DNA from: Azolla caroliniana
Taxonomy: Eukaryota; Plantae; Polypodiophyta
Length of the DNA stretch: 64,000 nucleotides
Direction: 5' to 3'
Assembly (NCBI GenBank): GCA_043228905.1
Contig: JBHGNT010000015.1
Span: forward strand, 7,440,001-7,504,000
Shown: positions 40,196 through 52,849 of the stretch, one piece after another
Numbering within the stretch: position 1 is the first letter of the stretch
How the letters are laid out: each line of letters starts with the position of its first letter
Made by a program: the position numbers and the translations under genes
The notes under the pieces: model-generated
What the model was told of the DNA's origin: nothing
Databases searched by the model: none
Seen by the model: only the letters and a program-made list of their open reading frames with translations

Positions 40196-41619
40196 TAGAA
40201 CCTCAATGGTGTGGGACATTGAGGAGGTTCGGTTCAGCTCAAGTTATTGCTAAGGGGTGATTGGGTGGTTTGGCACCCCTCTTTCCTTTGTTTTGTCAAT
40301 ACTTCCTTATCTTTTGTTTAATTTATTACTTAAACTCTAACACTTATGTATGAATGCATAAATATATGAACCTATATTTGTATGAATGAATAAATGTGTG
40401 TGTAGGGTATGTGTGCATAAATGAATGAATGTGTGTAGCATATGTGTAGATAAATGAATGTGTGTGTAGTGTATGTATTGTGAAGGTGGTTAATTTCCAT
40501 GTTAAATTTTCTATGTATATATTTGGAATGTGGTTAATTTCCATGTTAAATTTTCTATGTATGTATATTAAAACCCTAATACTAATTTTGAATGAGCATG
40601 TGTGTGTAGGTATCAATGAATTTTTTTGTTCATGTACATGTGTAACCATAATATTAACTCCAGACTTAATTAACTAAACATATCTAGCAATTGAAGAGGG
40701 GATCTCGGTGCCAATCTATTGCATTGTTGCACATCAACAATGTAAGCTTTTGGTCTTATGAACCCCCTTTCTTAAAAATAATGTAAAAACATTTAAAAAA
40801 GGCATCACACAACGATGTCTTTCTAGGCACATTGCTATGCAACGTGTAAAAATGCGTTGTTATGTGAAGTTTTTTTATGCATGTCATTTAGCAACACATT
40901 CTAGTATGGAAACATTACATCAACGTTGGTACCGTCGCACAATGGTGCACACTTGAGGTGTTGCTTTGAGATGCACTTTAGCAAAAACAAGGCCATTGCT
41001 AATCCCCAATTCTGTTGTAGTGAATGCCAAGTTGTCAAGAATAGGGTGCTCATAGATGTCAAATATTTGCATTTCATTTCTTTTGAGGAGTACAGTTTGC
41101 CCTCCTGTTAGTCCTCTTGTGTGGATGAGACCTTTCTGGTTTTGTATGTGCTTATGTATTCTTTGTAAATGTGATTGGATTGTATACACATGATTGTGTT
41201 TGAGTGTGAGTGAGTGAGTGAGTGTGTGTGCATAGGTAATTAAGGTTTTATTATTTGAAGGGAATATATATTTATGCATGTGTGTGTGCTCACATGTGGA
41301 TAGGTTCAAAGGTAGGTATGTATCCGTTTTATAAATAGAAAGATGGGTGAAAGCATGGGAATGGGAAAAATTAGTTGCATCCTTGACATAACTAATTAGC
41401 TTTGCAAATTTAAATGAGATTATCAAAATGTAATCTCAAATAAAATTAGAATTAAATGCGTACCATAAATAGTAATATTAGAAGGGTTTAATTATATAGA
41501 AAATTCCTTGGTGGATTCAATGCCCCATTATGCACGATCAATCGCATTAGTAACATGTTTGGTATTGTTCCTCACTCATCATTCCTCTATAACCTTCCTT
41601 CCCTCATACATGTTTCTAT

Positions 41620-42045
41620 CCACCTCTATAAGTATTGTTGCTGCAATCGCCCCATATTGCCTCCGCATGTATTTCTGTTGCAATTGCTCCTTATTGCTTC
41701 TGTTTGTACCATTGTTGCAATCACTTATTATTACCTTAATTTGTATCATCGCTACAATCGCTCATTCCTGGCTCAATAGCTTTTGTTGTTGCCTATAATC
41801 ATCACTACCTCTATAAGTATCACCTCAGCAAGTATCGTTGCTGCAATTGTTGCCCTTACTCGACTCTACAATTATCGCTGCTACAATCACTCCTTATTGA
41901 TTGTGCAAGTACCACCGCTGAAATGACTACTTACGCCTTTGCAAATACCGTCGCTGAAATCACCCACTTACCACCTTTACAAGTCCCACCTCTGAAATCA
42001 CTCCTTATCGCCTTTGCAAATACCCCTATTACAATCGCTCCTCAC
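41620..42045. repeat. Degenerate ~37-bp minisatellite, about 11 units
   Basis: Recurring units such as CCTCTATAAGTATTGTTGCTGCAATCGCCCCATATTG and CCTTTACAAGTCCCACCTCTGAAATCACTCCTTATCG. Confidence 0.7.
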
Positions 42046-42273
42046 ATATAAAATTCCTTATTTTCCACCCTCTTGCATGTGGTATAGTCATTCCTTCCTC
42101 TTGCATGTGGTCAAGTGGATACAACATTGGCCACATTCATTGTTATTTCCCCCCATTTATGTCTCATTCTTCTTTTGAATTAGCTAATTACGAATTTTCA
42201 ATGGGAGAGGGGAAGTAGAGTATTTATCAATAGCCCTCATGAATCCTAAAGACAGGGATATGGATATTGGTAA

Positions 42274-45161
42274 TGTTAAGAATTAGATAATTAAGCAAGG
42301 GTTAATTAACGTCTAATTATCTGAGTGGTTGATAAACGGAAGATTATGTGATATCTGTGTGTATGTGTGTGAGAGGAAGAGAGAGAGAGAGGAAGTTACA
42401 CTTATGAACAATAATATAAATGGGGAATGATTAACGAGAGTATATATTAAAAAGCATCATCAAATACAAAAATACCCACAATGAGGTATATATATACATC
42501 TCATGTGCAAAGGTGCACATTTGTGAGTAGAATGTAGGTACAAAGGTGTAAGTTCTATATTAAATGAACATGGGAGTGGAGGATCTACAATGTATCCCAC
42601 TCAAGTACAACATCCTATTTAAGGCTTTAAGGTCAACACACTAACTATATTCTATTTAGGTAACTACTAAGTTACGTGTGTTGACTAACTAACTAAATCT
42701 AGTTGAGCTTGATATCTCAACACGCCCCCTCAAGCTCAAGTGTGAGGTGTCCGACGTCCGCTTTGTCTTTCGTCGGCTTCGGCTTCGGCTTCCGTCCGGC
42801 CTTCGACTTTCTTCGGCCTTTCCAAGCCAATCTCGGTTCCTCCCCCTAAAGCTGGTGACGAAGGCTTGTAGTGTGAAATGGGCGAAGGATGATTGCTTCT
42901 ACCCATCGTGGGTCACGAGCCACTTCTGTAGAGCTCTCAGGCTCTTGTTCGGTCACTACCTTCATCGCGGAGGTATAATGATGGGCCATATACTCGTAAC
43001 TGAGTTGAGTGACGGGGTTCTTCTTTCTAGATGAGCGTCGAAGTTTTTCGCTCACCGATGTGAGTGCCTTCTTTACTCCGGGTGTTTGCATAATGGGTAC
43101 ACCAAACTCACTATCTAGTGAGCAAGCCGAAACATACGAATCACTGTTGTTGAGGTGGTCGACTTCGTATTCAGGTATCTTACCTTTGCCTTTGTCCAAG
43201 TTCTTACTTGGCCACGACGTGCTTGGAATGCTTGAAGGCTCGGGTGGGCTTGGATCATCCTTTGGTAGAGGACTTGTTTGAATATCGTCCTCCAAGTTGA
43301 CATTCAACTCTTCCTCGGTCGGGTTGGGTGGAGCCGAAGCACACTTATACCATGATGCCGATTCGTTGAAGACTACGTCTTGACTCATCCGAACCGCTCG
43401 AGTCGAAGGGTTATAACACCTGTATGCCTTCTTCTCGGACGAGTATCTTACGAGGATACATTTCTCCGACTTTGCGTCGGGCTTTTGTCGGGTTTCGTTC
43501 GGGATGTGTACATTCACAATGCTTCCGAACACCTTGAGGTACGATAGGATCTACTTCCTTCCAACAAGGGCTCATATGGAGTTGGCTCATGCACTCCATT
43601 GGTGGTACACCGGTTCATGAGATAGACGGCCGTGGATGTTGCTTCGGTCCAATAGAAGTTCGGCATGTGCTTCTTATGTATCATGGCGTCTGCTACATCG
43701 AGTATGTGCTGATTCTTCCTTTCGGCGACTCCATTTTGTTGGGGTGTGTGTTGGCATGAGAATTCTCTCCGGATGCCTTCACCTTGGAGGTAGGAGATGA
43801 ATTCCTTGGAGAAATACTCCTTGCCTCCATCCAATCGTAGGCATCGAATGTGCCAACCAGTTTCTTTTCCAACTTGGCTCTTGAGCTTTTGGAAGTGGGA
43901 GAGCACTTTGCTCTTCTTCTTCATTGGGAAGATCTACATTTAGCGGGAGTAGTCATTGATGAAGGTGACATAGTATCAACATCCACCGATTGTCGACGTT
44001 TGAGCCAGTACCCATACATCCAAATGTATGATGTCTAGGAGCCGGTTCCCAGACATCCCCAACGAGTCAAATAGTTGTGCGAGGCAGGCCAAGCATACTT
44101 GAACCATCTCGTCTTCGTCTACGTTTATGTTGATGGAGCCAAGAGAGTTGCAAATGCTCTTGATCTTGGCAGTGTAGTCCGACACTAACATATCTTTTTG
44201 CTGAATGTTGTTCAACTCTAGCCGGAGTTGAATTTTGCAGGCGGTCGTGTTGGCGATGACCATTTTCTTCAAGTTCTCCCACGTCTCTTTAGGTGTCTTG
44301 GCGTCTCAAATGTGGCTAAGCATGTGGTCGTGGACACATGTTGCCAAGTAATACATTACCCGACTTGCTCCTTGCTCCCACGTTGGGTAACTGGTGTTTG
44401 TGATGTCAGGTTTGTTTTCAAATGCACCGTTGATGTAGCTCCAATACCCTTGGCCGACTGGTATTGGTTCATCTTGTACTCCCAAGATGAATAATTACTC
44501 CGATCTAGCTTTTCACTAGGGAGTGAGCTACCCATTTGTGTGTTCATGTTGATGTAGTGTCTTCCTTTTTCGCTTTTCTTCCTTCGGTCACGTACACGTG
44601 CTACATAACGACATTACGGTAGTGGATAGCCGGAATTTGTCATCGCCGTTTCAAACACACAATCACGAAGAGTTGGGTGGAATTAGTGGATGTGCTAAAC
44701 CACACACACTGATACCATGTTAAGAATTAGGTAATTAAGCAAGGGTTAATTAACGTCTAATTATCTAAGTGGTTGATAAGCGGAAGATTATGTGATATGT
44801 GGTGTATGTGTGTGAGAGGAAGAGAGAGAGGAAGTTACACTTATGAACAATAATATAAATGGGGGATGATTAACGAGAGTGTATATTAAAAAGCATCATC
44901 AAACACAAAAATACCCACAATGAGGTATATATATACATCTCATGTGCAAAGGTGCACATTTGTGAGTAAAATATAGGTACAAAGGTGTAAGTCCTATATT
45001 AAATGAACATGGGAGTGGAGGATCTACAATGTATCTCACTCAAGTACAAAATCCTATTCAAGGCTTTAAGGTCAACACACTAACTAGATTCTATTTAGGT
45101 AACTACTAAGCTACATGGGTTGACTAACTAACTAAATCTAGTTGAGCTTGATATCTCAATA
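42274..45161 (-). mobile_element. Internally deleted Copia family B element (2.9 kb) with both LTRs (42274-42722, 44718-45161); gag and integrase kept, protease and RT/RNase H essentially absent
   Basis: Two closely similar LTRs. PBS TGGTATCAGTG at 44717-44707 and PPT GAGGGGGCG ending at 42723 (both minus). Gag MGSSLPSEKLDRSNYSSWEYKM; integrase DGGKEY...QQNGVAERKN. No convincing TSD. Confidence 0.9.
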
Positions 45162-45300
45162 GTCACAACAAGCAATAAGAAAATATTGGGGCAGAAAAAA
45201 ATGAAACATCGACAAATGTTAAAGGGTAAGTTATACACCCCAACTAAAGGTAAGGATAATATTATCGTGTTGTAGATCTGAATATAATCTAAACTAAACC

Positions 45301-46006
45301 TAATTAGTTACATCAGAGAGTGGCCATAGCTAACTAGCTACATTGGAGAGTGGCTATAGCTAAATAGCTACATTAGATAGGGGCCATGGCTAACGAGCTA
45401 TATCAGAGAGTGCTCATAACTAATTAGCTACATCCGGTACTAGCCATAGCTAATTAGCTACATCAGGTAGTGGACATAGCTAATAAGCTACATTAGAGAG
45501 TGACCATAGCTAACTAGCTACATCAGGTAGTGGCCATAACTAATTAGCTATATTAGGTAGTGGGCATAACTAAGTACCTACATCAAAGAATGACCTTAGC
45601 TAGCTAGTTACATCAAAGAGTGGTCATAACTAAATAACTACATAAGGTAGAGGCCATAGCTAATTAGCTACATCAGGTAGTGGCCATAACTAACTAGCTA
45701 CATCATATAACAACCATAGTTAATTAGTTGCATCAGGGAGTGGCCATAGCTAACTACCTACATTCGAGAGTGGCCATACCTAATTAGCTACATCAGAGAT
45801 TGGTCATAGCTAAGTATCTACATCAGAGACTGGTCATAGCTAAGTAGCTACATTAGGTAGTGGCCATAACTAAGTAGCTACATCAAGTAGTGACCATAGC
45901 TAATAAGCTATATTTGAGAGTGACCATAGCCAAGTAGCTACATCAAGTAGTGGCCATAGCTAAGTAGCTACATCAAAGAATGACCATAACTAATATACTA
46001 CATTAG
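45301..46006. repeat. 30-bp palindrome-rich minisatellite, about 23.5 diverged units
   Basis: Consensus near TAA(T/C/G)TAGCTACATCAG(A/G)(G/T)AGTGGCCATAGC, in strict 30-bp register. Stop codons in all six frames of the consensus. Confidence 0.93.
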
Positions 46007-46103
46007 AAAATACATTATTGAAAACTAATTAGTTATATTAATTACCGACAATAACTAATTAGATACAAATAACTAATAAGATACCTTTCTTTACCCTACG
46101 TAG

Positions 46104-46236
46104 GTTTAAGCAAATGCAGCTAGCAACCAAAGTTCAACTACAAACATTCGAGTCTCTTAAACCATTTTTTGTGAAACGCTTGAAGGAACGATTCATATGC
46201 TATTGCATTTACCACATACAAATGGGTTTTCTCAAG
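46104..46236 (+). pseudogene. Exon-like fragment of a probable DNA-transposon transposase (Sola2-like from memory)
   Basis: Pyrimidine tract plus TAG acceptor, then FKQMQLATKVQLQTFESLKPFFVKRLKERFICYCIYHIQMGFLK (FxxLKP...CxCxxH). Short and unverified. Confidence 0.3.
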
Positions 46237-46325
46237 TTTTGTACTCCCTCACCATAGTTCCTCAGTATAGGATGTCGTATTTATTTGTGACTATCCAATT
46301 TGTCAATCTAACCATGCATAACAAT

Positions 46326-46895
46326 TGTTGAGAGATAATCTCAACATGAGTCAGATCGGCAAAAGGCAAGTTGGTTAAAGAAGCTGACAACCGAGTCGGC
46401 TAAATGCAAATCGACTGAAGAAGCCGACAATCTAGTCAGCTGAGCACCTTGGCTAAATAAGCCGAGAGTTTGACAACCTAGGGTAAGGATGATAAGCCGT
46501 TAGAGCCTATGATACTAATCTTAGTATTAGGAATATTTTGGTAGTTATTGTTAGGAATATGTCCCTCCGGTGGGAGAAGCCGATTGTTCGACAAAGTAAG
46601 AGCCGACAATCGAAGACAAGGAGTAGCTGATTGGGAGAGTTACAGTAGATGATCCAAGTCGAGGACGAGACTGACTAGTCGGGCCGACTGGACAGTCGAC
46701 ACAGGAGTCAGCTGATTAACGGTTATTATTATCATTATTAGATAATAATAATAGTAGCTATATTTGTAAATAGCCCATATTGTGTATGAGTATAAATACA
46801 TCTAGGGAAAACATTATGATTGTGAGTAGATTAGAACATAACGAAGCACTATGTAGAGTGTAATTATGTAAGAGAAGAAGAGTGACGCACGTGCA

Positions 46896-46945
<50 letters not shown>

Positions 46946-49900
46946 CATGCACAGACACAGTTTGAGAGGTACTTGTTGTCTGGACCCTAAGGGGAGTACT
47001 CTGTTGTACAAAGGATTTAATTTGGTTTCTTTCTCTTGTATACACACTATTATAGTGAAGATCTATTCTCCCACGGTTTTTCTCTATTTTAGGGTTTCCA
47101 CATTAAACGTGTGTACTATGCATATTTTGTCCATTTTGATGTTTTCTGTTCCGAGTTGGGTATTTCTGCATATCTTTCTCACAAATTTACAATCCCATTC
47201 TAACAATATGGTATCAAAGCGCGAGGTGAAAAGATGGAAGGAGATGTGAGTGGCTTCCCATGAATGATGGTCGTGAACTCACACAACTACGCTGACTGGA
47301 AGATAAAAATGGAGGATCTTCTCATCGTCAAAGATCTATATGAGCCCATCGACAAAGAACAAATACCCATGGGGGTATTAGAGTCTGAATGGAAACTCCT
47401 CAACAGGAAGGTAGTGGTCACGATCAGACAATGCGTAGATGTCAGTGTCCTTCAGCATGTTGCGAACGACACAAATGCCTACAAGATGTGGCAGAAATTG
47501 TTAGGGTTGTACAAAAGGAAGAATGCCCTAAAAAGACATCTTTCATGAGGAAAATCATACGACTCTAAGTAAAGGGACGGAGAAAGCATACTGGAACACA
47601 TCAACACATTCATGGGGTTTGTAAATCAACTTGCTGCAATCAAGTTCCCCCTTGATGATGCTATGCAACCCTACTACAAATGTGTACTCTGCCAGATAGT
47701 TGGGAGAACCTGGTGGCTTCTCTTGACACCTCGTATCTAGAGGAAAACTTGTCTCTACAAGTGGTAAAGACAATCAACTTGAATGAGGAGACAAGAAGGA
47801 AGGAAAAGGGTGTCCTAACCCAGTCGAAAGTGAATGTGACACAACATTCGAGCAGAGGAAGGAACAGACAGAGAAGTCCACAAAGGAGAGAAATGTTCCA
47901 TGCCAGATCCAAGTCCATAGGCAAGCTGACATGCTTTTATTGTGGAAAACCTGGATACTTTTAGAAGGACTGTCGACACCTTAAAAAGGATAAAGGTGCT
48001 TCAAAGGATACCGAACCTAGAAATAATTCTGAGGAGAAGGGCACATCAACTATAGCCACAAGTGAAGAGGAAATCTTGTTTATTTGTGAGAAGGCAAGTG
48101 CAAACCTTGCAAGTGAAGGGAGTACCCGGGTGATCGACTCCGGTGCATCCTTTTCATATAACTCCCTCGAGAGAGTGTTTCTCGACCTACACAGACGGGG
48201 ACCATGGCTATGTGAAGATGGGCGATAATGGTGAATGCAAGATAGTCTGAGTTAGAAATGTATGTCTTACAACATCGACCGGTTGTTGGCTGATCCTGAA
48301 GGATGTCTGACACGTGCCCGATATTAGGTTGAATTTGATATCGACTGGAAAGATGGACGTTGAAGTCTATAGTGGTAGCTTTCGAAATGGCAAGTGGAAG
48401 TTCTGCAAGGGAAACTTCATAATGGATCGAGCATAGAAACATGGCACATTGTGTATGATCCAAGACGAGCTGTGCAAGTTGGAAGCAAACGTGGAAGCCG
48501 ACTCGAGTGGTGAGTTATGGCATAAGAGATTTTGAGGCCACATGAGTGAAAAGGGAATACATATCCTTGCCGACCAGAAACTTCTCCCATAAGTGAAAGG
48601 AGTGCACTTGGAGAAGTGTGTCGATTGCCTAGTCGGAAAGCAGAACAGAGCAACATTCCACATGAGACCACTGAGGAGAAGAGAAGCTGCACTGGAACTA
48701 GTGCACACCGACATGTGCTATGTAGATGCACCATCGCATCGAGGTGGATAATACTTCGTGGCTTTCATTGAAGACTATAGTCGAAAGTTGTGGGATTTCA
48801 TACTAAAGTCGAAAGATCAAGTACTGTTGGTATTCAAGGAGTTCCAAGCAAGGGCCGAAAGAGAGTCGGACCGAAAACTGAAGGTTATCCAAACCGACAA
48901 CGGTGGTGAGTATAGAGGGCAGTTCGAAGAATACAACAAGGCCCAAGGTATTCGAGTAGAATACACAGTACCTAAGACCCATGAGTTGAACGAGCTTGTA
49001 AAGAGGATGAATTGGACGATCATGGAAAGAGTGAGAAGCATGTTGTCGCATGCAAAGCTGCCGAAATCATATTGGGCTAAGGCGATGTACACGATTGTTT
49101 ATATGATCAACAGATCTCGCTTGGTACCATTGCAAGGTGATGTCCCATAGAGGGTGTGGACAGGAAAGGATGTCTCTTACCGACACCTGAGGGTGCTCAG
49201 ATGCTTGGTGTATATGCATGCGGCTAAGCATCAGAGGTCAAACCTCGATAGTAAGTCGAAATCATGCATATTCCTTGGGTACTCGGAGGATGAGTTCGGA
49301 TACAGGCTGTGGGACTTAGTTGATAAGAAAGTAGTGAGGAGTCGGGCCGCAGTCTTCTTTGAAGACAAGACGATTGAGGACTGGAAGCAACAAAAGTCGG
49401 ATTTGACATCCCAATCGACTCCCACTACCACCGACATAAGACTAGTCAAACTGACAGCGTCAGCCATTGCATACTCTCTCTCACACACGATTGTTCTCAA
49501 TGTTTACTGTTTTTTGTTGTTGTCCGGCTGAGCCGGTATTGTCTGTGTAGCTTCCACATGCTATTCTTTTCACTTATGATCGAAGTGATCCGAAACCCCA
49601 AAGGCATATTGATTAGCCAACGTCACTATGTGCTGAATATGCTCTTTATGTTTGGCATGATAGATTGTAAATCCATCTTGACTCCTCTTGATAGGAATGT
49701 CATGCTTCACAAAGATTCAAGAAAGGGATCAACCCAATATGGTTTCGACAGATTGTCGAAAGCCTTACCTACCTGACCATCACCCCTCCGGCTCTCAGTT
49801 ATCCGGTCGGACTGGTAAGTCAATTTATGTTGAAACCAAACTCCGAACACCTTCAGTGCTTGTAGAGGATATTGTGGTATGTTAGTGGCACTAAGGATAG

Positions 49901-51490
49901 GATGTTATTGTATCGGACTGGGGTAGCCCAAAAGTTAGTCGGCTACACGGATGTTGATTGGGCTGGAAACGTCGGCGATCGCATGTCTACATTAGGGTAT
50001 GCGTTCTCACTTGGAAGCACCGCGATCACTTGGAGCAATAAGAAGTAACCGACAGTTGCATTGTTGAACACCGAGACCGAGTACAGAGGAGTGGTTGTCT
50101 CTACATGCAACGTCGTATGGCTCAAGTGGCTACTGAAAGATCTATAGGTCGAGGTTGCCTATCCGATGATCTATTGTGACAACCTAAACAACATCTAGCT
50201 AGCTAAGAACCCCATCTTCCATGCCTAGACCAAGCACATTGAGGTGTACTACCACTTTGTCTATGAGGGAGATCTCTATGGAGAGGTGGAACTTGTGTAT
50301 GTTCCAACGGATCAACAGAATGCCAACATCTTCACCAAACCTCTTGGCCTAGACAAGTTGTGGCAATTTTTCGAGTGAGCTTGGTTTGCAACACCTCGAC
50401 ATGCCGAACTTGAGGGGCAGAAGCACGAGAGATGAAATCTGAGGATCCGAATCGGGTGAAGAATTTGATTTCGGAATGGTCGAACAAGTAGAGGACAGAT
50501 GTGGGGGGAGCAATTAGAAGGATGAGCTGGAACCACAACCGATTGAACTAGGGGGAGACCGAGCCAAAAGAGGCAAGACTGGTGGCAAAGCCAAGAAGGG
50601 CAGAGCCAACCGAAACGAAAAGGCCAAGACCAGGACATGGTCAGATGTGGTCAAAGGCTTGCAAGAAGATGATTATGAGAGAACCGAATCGATTGAAGGA
50701 AGTGGTTCGGAAGAAGCGAGTCCCATGAAGGCCAGACGAACAAGACGACTACCAAAGACGATGCCAAGGCAGGAGAGCCGACAGATCGAGGGGCACTGAA
50801 GTCACAAAGGCAAGAAGAACACTGACGAAGGCCTTAACAGTAGACAAGCTGATTGAACAGGTTGAGGAGCGCAGGATCGGACGGGTCGTGGAGCGCGGGC
50901 AAGAAGGCGTGATGCCAGGAGAGGCTGGAGCGAGGAACCGGCAGAGCAGGAGGAACCTCAAGTTGAGCTTGAGGGGGAATCTTGAGAGACAAGCTCAACA
51001 TGAGCCGGATAAGCTAAAGTGAAGTCGACTGAAGAAGCTAACAACTGGGTAAGCTAAGGGCGAGTGGCCTGAAGAAGCCGACAGCCGAGTCGGCTGAGGA
51101 AGTCGGCTGAATAAGCGGATAACTGGGCAAAACCTAGGGTAAGGATGATAGGTTATTAGAGCCTATAATCCTAATCTTAGTATTAGGAATACTTTGGTAG
51201 TTATAGCGTTAGGGGCCTACATTCCTATGCTAGTAAATAGGAATATTGTGGGTTGAGTTAGTGACAGGCTCAATTATTAGCATTCAAGTACTAACGGTAC
51301 TTGTGTCAGCCCATTGTCAGGGCTTGTATAAAAGTGCTCACTGAGCACAGTCATATGTATAGAGCACCATTATTTTGAATTCTCTTTTTTTTCTCTCTAT
51401 GTCTCCCTCTCTTTCCACATCTCTTTGATCGAGCCCAATCCTTGCACAAATTTCTCTCACAACCACGATGTGCACTCTCGATTGCAACAT
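46326..51490 (+). mobile_element. Rearranged Copia family A element: split 5' LTR (46326-46548 and ~49470-49573), RT C-terminus/RNase H, extension, PPT, 3' LTR from 50980
   Basis: 46326-46548 matches 50980-51204 up to TTGGTAGTTAT. ILISQRHYVLNML, GYTDVDWAG, TKHIEVYYHFV. Gag, integrase and most of RT are deleted. Right end approximate. Confidence 0.8.
46549..49460 (+). mobile_element. Copia (Tnt1/Tork-like) 5' half nested in the family A LTR: LTR 46549-47205, PBS, gag, protease, integrase
   Basis: TGTTAGG...CTAACA LTR. PBS TGGTATCAAAGC at 47209-47220. NYADWKIKMEDLL, CFYCGKPG, VIDSGAS, IQTDNGGEY, CIFLGYSEDEFGYRLWD. Confidence 0.9.
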
Positions 51491-51670
51491 TCATTGGTAA
51501 AGTTCTTGAACATTGAGAGTCTCTACTCACCTTCACACGTATCACGTGAAATGTAATATTTTTGGTCTCATAGGTCATATTTGACCTCCGAAGATGATAA
51601 TATAATCTATCTATCTATCTCTCTAATACTGTGTATTCTCCATTCTCTGTGTTTATCTAACTATTCCTAC

Positions 51671-52157
51671 TATCACGGACATGACAACAGTCATGGCAAG
51701 ACTCAAACTCTTGACCGCTTGTATAGTAGTCAAGTGTTACGTTCTAACCAACACATCCAAATACACAGTCACACTATAAAAATCTTGGTATATTATTAGT
51801 AGATTATCTATTCCAAGTTCTAGGAGTTTTTAGAAAGTTCTAGAACTAGAAGGTTGTAGGGTTATAGAATATTCTCAAGAATATTCTAATGCATGTACTT
51901 CATCTCACAGTATAAATACTTGTAACCTCCTTGGTCCCTTTCAAGGGATTCAACATCAGTCATTAACATATCAATCTAGTATTCTTGTTCCATTCCATCT
52001 TTGTCTCATTCTTCATCTATGTTTTCATGCTCTCCATAGCTTCCTAAGTTCATGGTCTCATCACTTACAACTTCTAGAGTTCCTAGCCTCATCACTTCTA
52101 GTTCCACGTTCGTCACACATGCTCCATTGTAGTTTTGTGGTTGGTGTGTCCGTGATA
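51671..52157 (+). mobile_element. Solo LTR-like element (487 bp, Gypsy type)
   Basis: 13-bp perfect inverted repeat ACTATCACGGACA (51669-51681) / TGTCCGTGATAGT (52147-52159). HSE-like repeats, TATAAATA at 51911 and a CT-rich 3' part. TSD not convincing. Confidence 0.65.
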
Positions 52158-52552
52158 GTTACAATTCGGTTGAGCCAACTGCGTTTGTGTACAAACTTCT
52201 ACATCTTATTCTTTTCAACAATATAAGTCATTTGAGCATGTCTATAGATCAATGAGTGGTCTTTAGATTTAATATTGTGTCAAAGAGGATTCAAGGTTAT
52301 GTTCCACAATTACAAATGTGTCATGGGTATATGTTTAGACTGTGGTCTGTGGACCTACCAAATTTAGGTGGTGTCCAAATGTGATTAGTAGTGAATTTCA
52401 ATCCCCGTTAAATTGTTTGAAAATGTCAACACAACATACGAAGGGAAGGTGTGGAAAAGAAAGGATTTAGTTAGAAAGTTACTTAAACCAATGGATTTTT
52501 AGTATCTCTAAAAAGGTTTATTAAGCACAACTTTATTTACTTATGGTAAGCT

Positions 52553-52800
52553 TATTAGGAAATAGGTCCCTCCGGATGGGAAGAGCACGAGCCGGATTGG
52601 AGTTCGGAGATCCAACCTTGGATAACGAGTCCGAATCGGATCAAATGGATTTGAAGAAGAAGAGAGACCGGATCCGGAGAGGTATAAAAAAATGACCATA
52701 TTTGTAAATAGGTTTTTTCGTGCCTATTTAGGCTAGATTTATAAATAGCCCATAGTATGTATTAGTATAAATACATCTAGGGAAATCATAATGATGATGG
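52553..52800 (+). mobile_element. Tork-like Copia LTR fragment (U3)
   Basis: TATTAGGAAATAGGTCCCTCCGGATGGG start and TATAAATACATCTAGGGAAA match the LTR at 46549. Confidence 0.7.
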
Positions 52801-52849
52801 ATTCATGTATAGTTGTTGTTGGTACCTCAGTCTCAGTCTTACGATCTTC

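Noticed and set aside
41508-41798. Hydrophobic 96-aa ORF as a membrane protein
   Set aside because: It overlaps the degenerate 37-bp minisatellite, whose period is not a multiple of three.
45301-46006. CRISPR-like look of the 30-bp palindromic repeat
   Set aside because: Units are contiguous with no unique spacers, there are no cas genes, and the context is eukaryotic.
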